From Candidatus Deferrimicrobiaceae bacterium (GTDB taxonomy: Bacteria > Desulfobacterota > Deferrimicrobia > Deferrimicrobiales > Deferrimicrobiaceae), in the NCBI GenBank assembly GCA_049688015.1, contig JBAVJZ010000018.1:1-48988 (forward strand): a DNA stretch of 48,988 nucleotides. The letters run 5' to 3'. Position numbers and translations under genes: made by a program. Below the pieces are notes generated by a model, which was given only the letters and a program-made list of their open reading frames with translations, made no database searches and was not told the DNA's origin. This document shows, piece after piece, positions 28,307 to 36,404 of this stretch. Numbering within the stretch: the stretch's first letter is position 1; each line of letters begins with the position of its first letter.

Positions 28307-28339
28307 ACTATCGACGGGAAAATCCAGAGAAGGACCGCG

Positions 28340-29875
28340 ATGAAAATTCCCCCGTTTTTCCCCGCCCTCCTCATTCTCGTGTCCGCCGTCCCCGCCTTTC
28401 CCGACCCCGGAGACGCAACACCTCCCCGGGAGATCACGATGAGAGAGTGCGTGGAAGCGGCCCTGCGCAACAACATCGACATCGCCGTTTCCCGTTCCGA
28501 GCGGAAGACGACGGAACTGGGCGTCCCCCTGGAGGAGGCGGCATTCCTGCCGAAGTTCACCGGGGACTTCTCCTATTCCCGCTCCATCGGGCCGACCGGC
28601 TCATCGATCGCTGGAACCCTGACCATCGACCAGAACTCCTGGAATTTCGACGCGGGAGTCCAGGAATTGCTTCGTTCCGGAACCACACTTTCCCTGTCCT
28701 TCGAAAACCAGCGGCTGGAAGCGGGTACCGCAGTCTCCCTGTTCAATCCCGAATACTCGACCGCCCTGACACTCTCCGCCCATCTCCCGCTCCTGAAGGG
28801 ATCCGGAAAGCTGGTTACCGAAGCCCCCCTTGCGATCGCCCGCGCCGGAGCGGAGGCGGCCACCGAGGACTGGCTGACGAGGGTGATGGATATCGTCGCA
28901 GGGGCGAGAACTTCGTTCCTCGCGTTTCACGCTGCCTCCCGGGAGGTCGAGGTAAAAAGAACCGCCCTTTCCCTCGCCGTGCAACTGCTCGAACAGACCG
29001 ATATGCGAATCGAGACCGGCCTGTCCGCCCCGGTGGACCGGCTGTTCGCGCAAGCCGCGGTGGCTTCCCGGAAGGAGGAGCTTCTCCGGGCCGAGGCGAC
29101 GGCGCAAAACGCGGAGGACGACATGAAGAACGTCCTCGGGCTGCGGGCCGACGAAAACTGGGAGGAGCGGCTGGTCCCGATCCTGCCCCGGAATCTCCCG
29201 TCTCCCCCGGGCCCCGACGACACATTCGAGGTGGCTCTCCAGCGGCGGCCAGAGGTTGCAGCCCTTTCCGCCAGGGCGCGCCAGATGGAAATCCGGGAGG
29301 AGGTCGCCCACAACGGAATCTTGCCCGACCTTTCGCTCACGACGTCGGCGGGCCTTTCCGGCCTTGCCGGATCACCTTTTCCCAACCCGTTCTTCCCCAG
29401 CGGGGGAACCGAGTTCGAAGGGGGCTACGGAGACAGCCTCAGGGAAATGTTCTCTGGTAAGTACTACAACTGGTTCGTCGGCCTGTCGACCGAGATTCCC
29501 TGGAAATTTGCCCGGGAGAAGGCCGAGTGGGCCCGCGCGCGCAGCGTTCTTGAACAGCAGCATCTTCGCGAGGAGGGTCTCCGCGCACGAATCCGAACGG
29601 AGGTTCGGAAAGCCCGACGAAATCTTGCGTCCGCGCTTGCGCGCGTCAACGCGGCCACCGCCTCCGTCGCCGCCGCACAAGGAAAGCTGGAGGCAGAGGA
29701 ACGCCGGCTCGCCCTCGGAGCATCGACGACGACGCAGCTTCTCGAGGTCCAGCAGGACTACGCCCAGGCCCTCCTCGCCGAGGTGACAGCAAGGACGGAT
29801 GCGCACGTATCGCAGACCCGACTGTGGCGCTCGGCCGGCACGATCCTCGATAAGGAAGGGATAACCGTCCGTTGA
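28340..29875 (+). CDS. TolC-family outer-membrane efflux protein
   Basis: From ATG 28340: MKIPPFFPALLILVSAVPAFP (signal peptide), then ...ECVEAALRNNIDIAVSR... and a duplicated OEP repeat architecture. Confidence 0.85.
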   Translation: MKIPPFFPALLILVSAVPAFPDPGDATPPREITMRECVEAALRNNIDIAVSRSERKTTELGVPLEEAAFLPKFTGDFSYSRSIGPTGSSIAGTLTIDQNSWNFDAGVQELLRSGTTLSLSFENQRLEAGTAVSLFNPEYSTALTLSAHLPLLKGSGKLVTEAPLAIARAGAEAATEDWLTRVMDIVAGARTSFLAFHAASREVEVKRTALSLAVQLLEQTDMRIETGLSAPVDRLFAQAAVASRKEELLRAEATAQNAEDDMKNVLGLRADENWEERLVPILPRNLPSPPGPDDTFEVALQRRPEVAALSARARQMEIREEVAHNGILPDLSLTTSAGLSGLAGSPFPNPFFPSGGTEFEGGYGDSLREMFSGKYYNWFVGLSTEIPWKFAREKAEWARARSVLEQQHLREEGLRARIRTEVRKARRNLASALARVNAATASVAAAQGKLEAEERRLALGASTTTQLLEVQQDYAQALLAEVTARTDAHVSQTRLWRSAGTILDKEGITVR

Positions 29876-31101
29876 GGCGCGGAAAAATCATCACCGCCGG
29901 CGTCCTGTTCCTGGTTGCGGCAGCTGCCGTTATCGTTCTCCGCTCCCGTTCAGAGATCCCGGTCGATGTATTCGAGGCGAGGAAAGGCCCGATCGAGGAG
30001 ATCGTCACGGCCGTTTCTGCCGGGACGGTCAAGTCCCGGCGGGATGCGACCCTATCGGCAGAAGTAAGCGGCAGAGTCGTCGAGGTGCGGGTGGGAGAAG
30101 GGGATCCCGTGCGCAAGGGGGAGATCCTTGCGCGCATGTCCGACCCCGAGTTGTCGAACCAGGTCGATGCGTCGCGGGCAGACGCCGCCCAAGCCGAAGC
30201 GCTGCTGGCGCAGTCGATCGCCCGGCGCGAGGAAGTAGAACGAAAACATCGTTCGGATGTGGACCGCGCCGCGAGCAACCTGCGCAAGGAGGAACAGGAC
30301 CACGAACGCGCCATGGAACTCTTCCGGGGCGGGTTCCTTTCAAAAGCGGAAAAAGAGCAGGCGGACACCCGCCTTGTGAACGCGAAGGAAGACGCGAGAC
30401 TTGCGGCTATCGGGGAAGTGTCCCTCCGGGCGATCGATCAGGAAATCGCTTCCCTCCGGGCGAGAGCGGCCGCTGCGCGCGCCACCCTGGCTGCCTTTGC
30501 GGAGCGGAGGGAAAAACTGTCGATCACCTCCCCCTTCGCCGGCATAGTAACGAGCAAGACCATCGAGGTGGGGGAGACCAAGCAGCCTGGTGCTCCCCTG
30601 TTTGTCGTGGCGGATCCCCTCGACATCTACATCGAGGCGCCCATCGACGAATCGGAGTCGGCCAAGGTGCGGAAGGGACAAAAGGTCCGCCTGTACCCCG
30701 ACGCCTACCTGGGAGAGACCTTCTCCGGGGTCGTCTCCGAAGTCCGCCCGACCATCGAGGCATCCAAGGAGGTCTCGCGCGCCAATACGATCGAAGTCCG
30801 CCCGGAATCGTCGCCCAAGCCGCTCCGCCTGGGAATGTCCGTGGACGTGGAGGTCCTGACGGGGCGAAAGGAGGAAGCCCTCCAAGTCCCCTCCTCGGCC
30901 GTCATGGAGCGCGAAGGACAGAAATTCGTTTACGTCGTGAGGGGTGGGAAAATCATCCGGAGCGACGTCACCACGGGGATCTCGAACTGGGACCGGACCG
31001 AGATCCTCACCGGGATTTCCCCCGGAAACGCCGTCGTCATCTCCCTGGAAATCAGGGGCCTGGTCCCGGGAAGCCGCGTTGGAATCCGCGCCCGCAACTG
31101 A
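29872..31101 (+). CDS. Efflux periplasmic adaptor (HlyD/MacA-type membrane fusion protein)
   Basis: 409-aa ORF with an N-terminal TM segment, a long coiled-coil hairpin, and lipoyl and beta-barrel segments (...SPFAGIVTSK...). ATGA-type overlap with the tolC gene. Confidence 0.85.
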   Translation: MRRGKIITAGVLFLVAAAAVIVLRSRSEIPVDVFEARKGPIEEIVTAVSAGTVKSRRDATLSAEVSGRVVEVRVGEGDPVRKGEILARMSDPELSNQVDASRADAAQAEALLAQSIARREEVERKHRSDVDRAASNLRKEEQDHERAMELFRGGFLSKAEKEQADTRLVNAKEDARLAAIGEVSLRAIDQEIASLRARAAAARATLAAFAERREKLSITSPFAGIVTSKTIEVGETKQPGAPLFVVADPLDIYIEAPIDESESAKVRKGQKVRLYPDAYLGETFSGVVSEVRPTIEASKEVSRANTIEVRPESSPKPLRLGMSVDVEVLTGRKEEALQVPSSAVMEREGQKFVYVVRGGKIIRSDVTTGISNWDRTEILTGISPGNAVVISLEIRGLVPGSRVGIRARN

Positions 31102-31795
31102 GCCTCTCCTTTGCCTGCGGGGAGTGAGCAAGATCTACGAACCCGACGTGCAGCGTGTGGTCGGCCTGGAGGACGTGGACCTGGATATCCATTCCGGTGA
31201 TTTTCTCGCGGTGATGGGACCGTCGGGGTCCGGGAAATCCACCCTGATGAACATCCTCGGCTGCCTGGACATTCCCACATCCGGAACGTACCGGATCAAG
31301 GGCATTCCGGTTTCCCGGCTCCCTCCGGAAGAGCTCGCCCGGCTCCGCAACCGGGAGATCGGCTTCATTTTTCAGGTCTTCCACCTTCTCCCGAGATACA
31401 CCGCCCTCCGCAACGTGGAACTCCCCCTGCTCTACGCGGGGGTGGGGAGGGAAGAGCGCACCGAAAGGGCTTTGGATGCCCTCCGGTCGGTGGGTCTCGA
31501 AGAGCGGAAAAACCACCTGTCGAACCAGCTTTCGGGCGGACAGAAGCAGAAGGTGGCGATCGCGCGGGCGCTCGTCAACCACCCCGCTCTCCTCCTCGCC
31601 GACGAGCCGACAGGCAATCTCGACACGAAATCCGGCGACGAACTGATGGACATCCTTGTCGGGCTGAACCGGGAAGGAACGACGATCGTGCTCGTGACGC
31701 ACGACCAGGCGATCGCGCGCCGGGCCAAACGGGTCGTCTACATCATCGACGGCCGCCTCGTGGCGAAGGAGGAATTCCGGGAGATCCGCGGATGA
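31079..31795 (+). CDS. ABC transporter ATP-binding protein (MacB/LolD-type)
   Basis: Walker A GPSGSGKST, signature LSGGQKQKVAIARAL, Walker B LLLADEPTGNLD. Start uncertain: TTG at 31079 (23-nt overlap with the adaptor gene) is preferred, because the first conserved strand LLCLRGVSKIY precedes any later ATG or GTG. Confidence 0.88.
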   Translation: MESAPATEPLLCLRGVSKIYEPDVQRVVGLEDVDLDIHSGDFLAVMGPSGSGKSTLMNILGCLDIPTSGTYRIKGIPVSRLPPEELARLRNREIGFIFQVFHLLPRYTALRNVELPLLYAGVGREERTERALDALRSVGLEERKNHLSNQLSGGQKQKVAIARALVNHPALLLADEPTGNLDTKSGDELMDILVGLNREGTTIVLVTHDQAIARRAKRVVYIIDGRLVAKEEFREIRG

Positions 31796-32997
31796 ATATC
31801 CTCGAGTCCGGGAGAGTCGCCCTCGATTCGCTGAAGGCGAACCGCATGCGATCGGTTCTCACCATGCTGGGCGTCATCATCGGCGTGGCCGCCGTGATCC
31901 TGCTCGTCTCCCTTGGGGAAGGGACGAAGAACTACGTCGAGGGACAGTTCGCGGGACTGGGCAGCAACATCCTGATAGTGACGCCCGGAAAGATCGAGAC
32001 GAAGGGGGGACCGCCCATTATCGGCGCCGCCAAGCACAAGCTGACGCTTTCCGACTCCCGCATCCTGGAGAAGAAAGGGTACCTGTTCGGCGGGGTGGCC
32101 CCGGTGGTTTTCGGCACCGCCGAGGTGCGGTCCGGCTCCCGCTCCCGCAACGTCCCGGTACTTGGGGTAACACCCTCCTTCTCCTCCGTACGTAACCTGC
32201 ACGTGGAGATCGGCAGCTTCGTCACCGAGTCCGACGTGGAGGCGAAGCGCCGGGTCTGCGTCCTTGGCAGGACAGTCAAGCGGGAGCTGTTCGGAAGCGC
32301 CAATGCGCTCGGACAGATCGTCAAGGTGTCAGGCGGCCGGTTCCGGGTGGTAGGGATCATGCAGCAAAAGGGCGTGAGTCTCGCAGTCGACCTGGATGAC
32401 ATCGTGTTCATCCCTGTCCGGACCGCCCAGGACCTCTTCGACACCGACGCCCTGCTGGAAATCATCGTTTCGATCCGGAACAAGAACGACATCGAGAGCG
32501 GCAAGGAGCTGGCGAGATCGCTCCTCTTCAAGAACCATAACCGCCACGAGGACTTCACGATCACCAACCAGGCCGCCATGCTCTCCTCCCTCTTTACCAT
32601 CCTCGACACGCTCACTTATGTATTGGGGGGGATCGCCACCATATCGCTTCTGGTGGGCGGAATCGGAATCATGAACATCATGCTTGTTACCGTGAAAGAA
32701 AGAACGAACGAGATCGGTATCCGAAAAGCCGTCGGCGCAAGGGACAGGGACATTCTGGTGCAGTTCCTACTGGAGTCGACCGCCCTCTCCTCCTCGGGGG
32801 GGATCGGGGGAATCCTCGTCGGGGTTTTCGGTGGATGGGGAATCCGGGAGTTCGTCCCGAAGCTTCCCGTGGAGATCCCCTCGTGGGCAATCCTTCTGGC
32901 GTTCACGTTTTCGGTGTTCGTCGGAATTTTCTTCGGCGTGTATCCGGCGCGGAAAGCCGCGTCACTTCACCCGATCGAGGCGTTGCGATACGAATGA
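31792..32997 (+). CDS. ABC transporter permease, MacB/FtsX family
   Basis: 401-aa ORF with the N-terminal MacB_PCD-type periplasmic domain between TM1 and TM2 and a C-terminal FtsX-like 3-TM bundle (...IGIRKAVGARDRDILVQFLLES...). Confidence 0.88.
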   Translation: MNILESGRVALDSLKANRMRSVLTMLGVIIGVAAVILLVSLGEGTKNYVEGQFAGLGSNILIVTPGKIETKGGPPIIGAAKHKLTLSDSRILEKKGYLFGGVAPVVFGTAEVRSGSRSRNVPVLGVTPSFSSVRNLHVEIGSFVTESDVEAKRRVCVLGRTVKRELFGSANALGQIVKVSGGRFRVVGIMQQKGVSLAVDLDDIVFIPVRTAQDLFDTDALLEIIVSIRNKNDIESGKELARSLLFKNHNRHEDFTITNQAAMLSSLFTILDTLTYVLGGIATISLLVGGIGIMNIMLVTVKERTNEIGIRKAVGARDRDILVQFLLESTALSSSGGIGGILVGVFGGWGIREFVPKLPVEIPSWAILLAFTFSVFVGIFFGVYPARKAASLHPIEALRYE

Positions 32998-33830
32998 CGG
33001 TGGCACCGGTAATTCGCGTGGGGAGAATTCCCTTCCTGAACCTCCTGCCGATCTTCCGCGCGCTCGAAACGCGCCTTTCGGTGGAGCACGTCAGGTACGT
33101 ATCGGGGCATCCGTCCGAGCTTAACCGGAAACTGCGCGAGGGGAAGCTCGATATCTCCCCGTCTTCCTCAATCGAGTACGGAAAACTCCCCGATCGGTAT
33201 CTGCTCTGTCCCGACATCTCGATTTCCTCCCGGTCGAAGGTCATGAGCGTTCTCCTGTTCTCCCACCGCCCGGTGACCGATCTCCCCGGAGATCCGATCG
33301 CCGTCACGAACAACTCAGACACCTCGGTCGTTCTTCTGGAGATCCTCCTGCGGGAATTCCTCGGCAAGCGGAACCGGTTGGTCCGAACCTCCCTTTCCGC
33401 CGGCGAGGCGCTCCTCCGGTACCCGGCGTATCTTGCCATCGGCGACGAAGCGATTCGAGGGAGCCTGTCCGGGACGGCAGCTCACGTCACCGACCTCGGG
33501 GAGTGGTGGAACCGGGAGACGGGAGCACCATTCGTTTTCGCCCTCTGGATAGTTCCCCGGGACGCTCTCGGGGAGAGAGGGGCACACCTGCGCCATTTCG
33601 CCCGCACGCTGCTCTCGGCAAAGATGATCGCCCGGGAAGAGATGGATCGGGAAGACAGCCGCATAATCGGCCCGGAGTGGATTTCCCGGGATTTTCTTTC
33701 GGAGTACTGGCGAAACCTGTCCTACGATCTCTCCGCGGAGATCGAAGGGCTTGAACGGTTCTTCCGGCTCGCCGCGAAAATCGGTCGGATTCCGGTCGCC
33801 CCCCCCCTACGGTTCCTCGACCTCGATTGA
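32994..33830 (+). CDS. mqnA: Chorismate dehydratase (futalosine-pathway menaquinone biosynthesis), MqnA-like
   Basis: From ATG 32994 (ATGA overlap): MTVAPVIRVGRIPFLNLLPIF...GHPSELNRKLREGKLDISPSSSIEY..., the MqnA family pattern. Confidence 0.72.
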   Translation: MTVAPVIRVGRIPFLNLLPIFRALETRLSVEHVRYVSGHPSELNRKLREGKLDISPSSSIEYGKLPDRYLLCPDISISSRSKVMSVLLFSHRPVTDLPGDPIAVTNNSDTSVVLLEILLREFLGKRNRLVRTSLSAGEALLRYPAYLAIGDEAIRGSLSGTAAHVTDLGEWWNRETGAPFVFALWIVPRDALGERGAHLRHFARTLLSAKMIAREEMDREDSRIIGPEWISRDFLSEYWRNLSYDLSAEIEGLERFFRLAAKIGRIPVAPPLRFLDLD

Positions 33831-33877
33831 TCCGCCTCCTGTGGTAAAATCATGGCATTCCCGCCGGGAGGGCCGCC

Positions 33878-34072
33878 ATGATCCACAAGGAAATGAAGAT
33901 CGAAGACGTCCTCCGGAAATATCCCCAGACAATCGGAGTGTTCGAGAGGTTCGGGATCGACTGTGCCACCTGCGAACTCTCCCGGTACGAGGACCTCGCG
34001 CACGGGGCGAAGGTCCACAAGATCGACCTCGAATCGCTGCTCAAGGGGTTGAACGAGTCGGTGAAAAGGTAG
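33878..34072 (+). CDS. DUF1858 / hybrid-cluster-protein-associated redox disulfide domain protein
   Basis: 64-aa ORF MIHKEMKIEDVLRKYPQTIGVFERFGIDCATCELS...; the CxxC and DUF1858 pattern. GGGAGG SD upstream. Confidence 0.65.
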   Translation: MIHKEMKIEDVLRKYPQTIGVFERFGIDCATCELSRYEDLAHGAKVHKIDLESLLKGLNESVKR

Positions 34073-34076
34073 GAGG

Positions 34077-34463
34077 CTACCGGCGCGGGCGCGAGTACTC
34101 GGCCCATGCATCGTCGGATTCCCACACGGTAACCCGGGAAAGCCGAACGGGGGGCGGGATCTTCCCATCCATCTCGTCAAATATGTAGCGCGCGATGTTC
34201 TCCGACGAAGGGTTCTGGCCGTGAAACGGGGGAACCTCGTTGAGGTACTTGTGGTCCATCCGCGAGAGAATTTCGCCCAGGGCGGTCTTCATCACCCGAA
34301 AGTCGAGAGCCATCCCCCGGGAATCAAGTTCTCCCGATTCCACGGTAATCTCAACCTGCCAGTTGTGCCCGTGAAGCCTCTCGCAGTTCCCCTCGTATTC
34401 CGACAGCCGGTGGGCAGCGGAGAACGAGGACCGGACCGTAAGGGCATATCTGTCCGCGTTCAT
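34077..34463 (-). CDS. queD: 6-carboxy-5,6,7,8-tetrahydropterin synthase
   Basis: 128-aa ORF with ...FSAAHRL...CERLHGHNWQVEI...; QueD/PTPS Zn-His motifs. ATGA overlap with the upstream gene. Confidence 0.88.
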   Translation of the reverse strand: MNADRYALTVRSSFSAAHRLSEYEGNCERLHGHNWQVEITVESGELDSRGMALDFRVMKTALGEILSRMDHKYLNEVPPFHGQNPSSENIARYIFDEMDGKIPPPVRLSRVTVWESDDAWAEYSRPRR

Positions 34464-35113
34464 CTCTCCTCCAGAGGGGACAACACAATACTTGATTTCG
34501 ATGTCGCCCGCTCGAACCAGTTTCGGATTTCCTTTGCCGAGCTCTCTTCGAGGAGTTTCTCCCTCACCGCCTCCCTCGAGACCTCCTCGGGGCGCACTCC
34601 CGACCGCGCGACCCGGCGCGCGATCTCCCTCTCCACGTCTTCCTCCTTGACGTCGACAAACGTCGAAATGCGCTTCCGGAGAAATTCCCGGACCAGAAGT
34701 CTTCTTGCTACGTAATCCCGGACCTGTTCATCGGAAACCTCCTTCGCACAGGGGAGGAGACATGATTGCATGGCGACGGATGCCTCGGCGACGGCTTTTT
34801 GCAATGCGGTGTTGTCGACCGTCCCCAGCGCCAGCTTTTCCTCCTCCTGCCTGACGAGGGTGTCCGCGATCAACCTGTCCCGGGCCTCCGGGAGGGACAA
34901 CACGACCGGTTCGTCTCCCGGGAAGGCACCGCATGCACGGAGACACGACTCCCGAACCACATCGGAAAGAAAAAGGACTTCCCCGTTCACCGTTGCCGCC
35001 GTGGCCTCGTACAGCTGGTATCTCCCCGTCTCCTTCTCCTGCGCGTTGGCGGGCGAAAAAAGGATCGAGGAAAGTACGCCCCAGGCGAGGATTCCGGAGC
35101 GGATCCGTTTCAC
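34460..35113 (-). CDS. Secreted SurA_N-like chaperone-domain protein without a PPIase domain, with two CxxxC motifs
   Basis: 217-aa ORF. Signal peptide ending ...SPANA-QE, then SurA N-terminal-like ...ATVNGEVLFLSDV..., with CLRAC and CLLPC. Weak family assignment. Confidence 0.45.
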   Translation of the reverse strand: MKRIRSGILAWGVLSSILFSPANAQEKETGRYQLYEATAATVNGEVLFLSDVVRESCLRACGAFPGDEPVVLSLPEARDRLIADTLVRQEEEKLALGTVDNTALQKAVAEASVAMQSCLLPCAKEVSDEQVRDYVARRLLVREFLRKRISTFVDVKEEDVEREIARRVARSGVRPEEVSREAVREKLLEESSAKEIRNWFERATSKSSIVLSPLEER

Positions 35114-35934
35114 GGATCGAGCTCGAAGGAGATGTCGAGCGCCGGAGCGGAGTGCGTGAGGGCTCCGATCGAAATCGCAGACACGCCGCCACGTGCGTAT
35201 TCCTCCACGTTCCCCAGGTGAATGCCCCCGGACGCTTCGAGGAGAACCTTCCCCCCATAGCGGTCGACCGCTTCCCGTACCTCCTCGGGAGTCATGTTGT
35301 CCAGAAGCAGCGCGGTCGCACCGGCGTCGACCGCTTCTTCCGCCTGGCCGAGACTTTCCACCTCCACCTCCACCCGGGAGAGATGGTGCACGGCGTTCCG
35401 GGCCGCCGTCACGGCCATGGCGATGCTCCCTGCCGCTCGGATGGCGTTCTCCTTGATGAGTACGCCGTCCGACAGGGAAAAACGGTGGTTGTGCCCGCCG
35501 CCGACCCGCACAGCGTACTTTTCCAATACCCTGAGCAACGGAGTGGTTTTCCGGGTATCCAGAATGCGGGTGCCGTGCGGGCCCACCCGTTCGACGTACG
35601 CTGCAGTTGTCGAGGCGACGCCGGAGAGCCGCTGGAGGAAATTCAGGGCGACCCGTTCCCCGCGGAGGAGCGACGACGCCGTCCCCTCGGCTCTCCCCAC
35701 CTTCATCCCCCGGGACACCCGGGTTCCTTCCCGAAGAAACGTCGCTGCGACCTTCGGGTCGACCTGGCGGAACACCTCGACCGCCACCACCCCGCCGCAG
35801 AAGACTCCCTTGGCCCCGGCGACGAACGAGCCGCGCGCCTTCCCGGAGAAGGAGGAACCGAAGGGATCGCCAAACGGCGCGTCTTCCCGTAGCGCGGCGG
35901 CGACAAGCCCCTTGTATTCAAGACGCGAGATCAC
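35110..35934 (-). CDS. nadC: Nicotinate-nucleotide diphosphorylase (quinolinate phosphoribosyltransferase)
   Basis: 274-aa ORF with ...RVALNFLQRLSGVAS...ILDTRKTTP..LR.LEKYAVRVGGGHNHR...; classic NadC. Confidence 0.9.
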   Translation of the reverse strand: MISRLEYKGLVAAALREDAPFGDPFGSSFSGKARGSFVAGAKGVFCGGVVAVEVFRQVDPKVAATFLREGTRVSRGMKVGRAEGTASSLLRGERVALNFLQRLSGVASTTAAYVERVGPHGTRILDTRKTTPLLRVLEKYAVRVGGGHNHRFSLSDGVLIKENAIRAAGSIAMAVTAARNAVHHLSRVEVEVESLGQAEEAVDAGATALLLDNMTPEEVREAVDRYGGKVLLEASGGIHLGNVEEYARGGVSAISIGALTHSAPALDISFELDP

Positions 35935-36401
35935 GACAGGTATCGGGTCACCAGGGCAAGGTTCCGGGAAAGGCTTCCGAGCTTCCCCTCGAGCTCCCCC
36001 TTACGGATCCGGTGCGCGTCGACGATGTCCCCGGGGGCGTTCGCCAGGAATTTTTCGTTCCCCAGCTTCGTGCATACGACCGAGTGCTCCGCGTTGGCCT
36101 TGTCGATTTCCTTGCGGAGACGTGAGGCTTCCTTTCGAAAATCGATGAGTCCGGCCAGGGGCAGGCACACCTCGATGTCGTTCACAACGGCTGTGGCATC
36201 CTCGACCGGGATGTATCCGGGCTCCCTGTGCACCACCTTTTCGGCCCTCCCCAGCCGAAGGATGATCTCCTCGTGATCGCGCAGGAACGCAAGATCCTCC
36301 GGCTGTCCCTTCAGGCGAATTTCCACCCTTTTCGCGGGGGGTACATGCAGCTCGCTTCGCATGTTCCGGACGGCGCGAATGACTTCCATGAGATGCCCCA
36401 T
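35931..36401 (-). CDS. valS: Valyl-tRNA synthetase C-terminal fragment (end of the anticodon-binding region plus coiled-coil), separated from the body by an in-frame TAA
   Basis: 156-aa ORF MGHLMEVIRAVRNMRSEL...LAGLIDFRKEASRLRKEIDKANAEH...KLGNEKFLANAP..., the normal ValRS C-terminus. Same reading frame as 36405..38594. Confidence 0.8.
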   Translation of the reverse strand: MGHLMEVIRAVRNMRSELHVPPAKRVEIRLKGQPEDLAFLRDHEEIILRLGRAEKVVHREPGYIPVEDATAVVNDIEVCLPLAGLIDFRKEASRLRKEIDKANAEHSVVCTKLGNEKFLANAPGDIVDAHRIRKGELEGKLGSLSRNLALVTRYLS

Positions 36402-36404
36402 GTC

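Noticed and set aside
34073-34076. Convergent DUF1858 and queD stop codons only 4 bp apart, leaving no room for a terminator.
   Set aside because: This is simply tight packing. Overlapping 3' ends are common, and nothing further can be inferred without transcript data.
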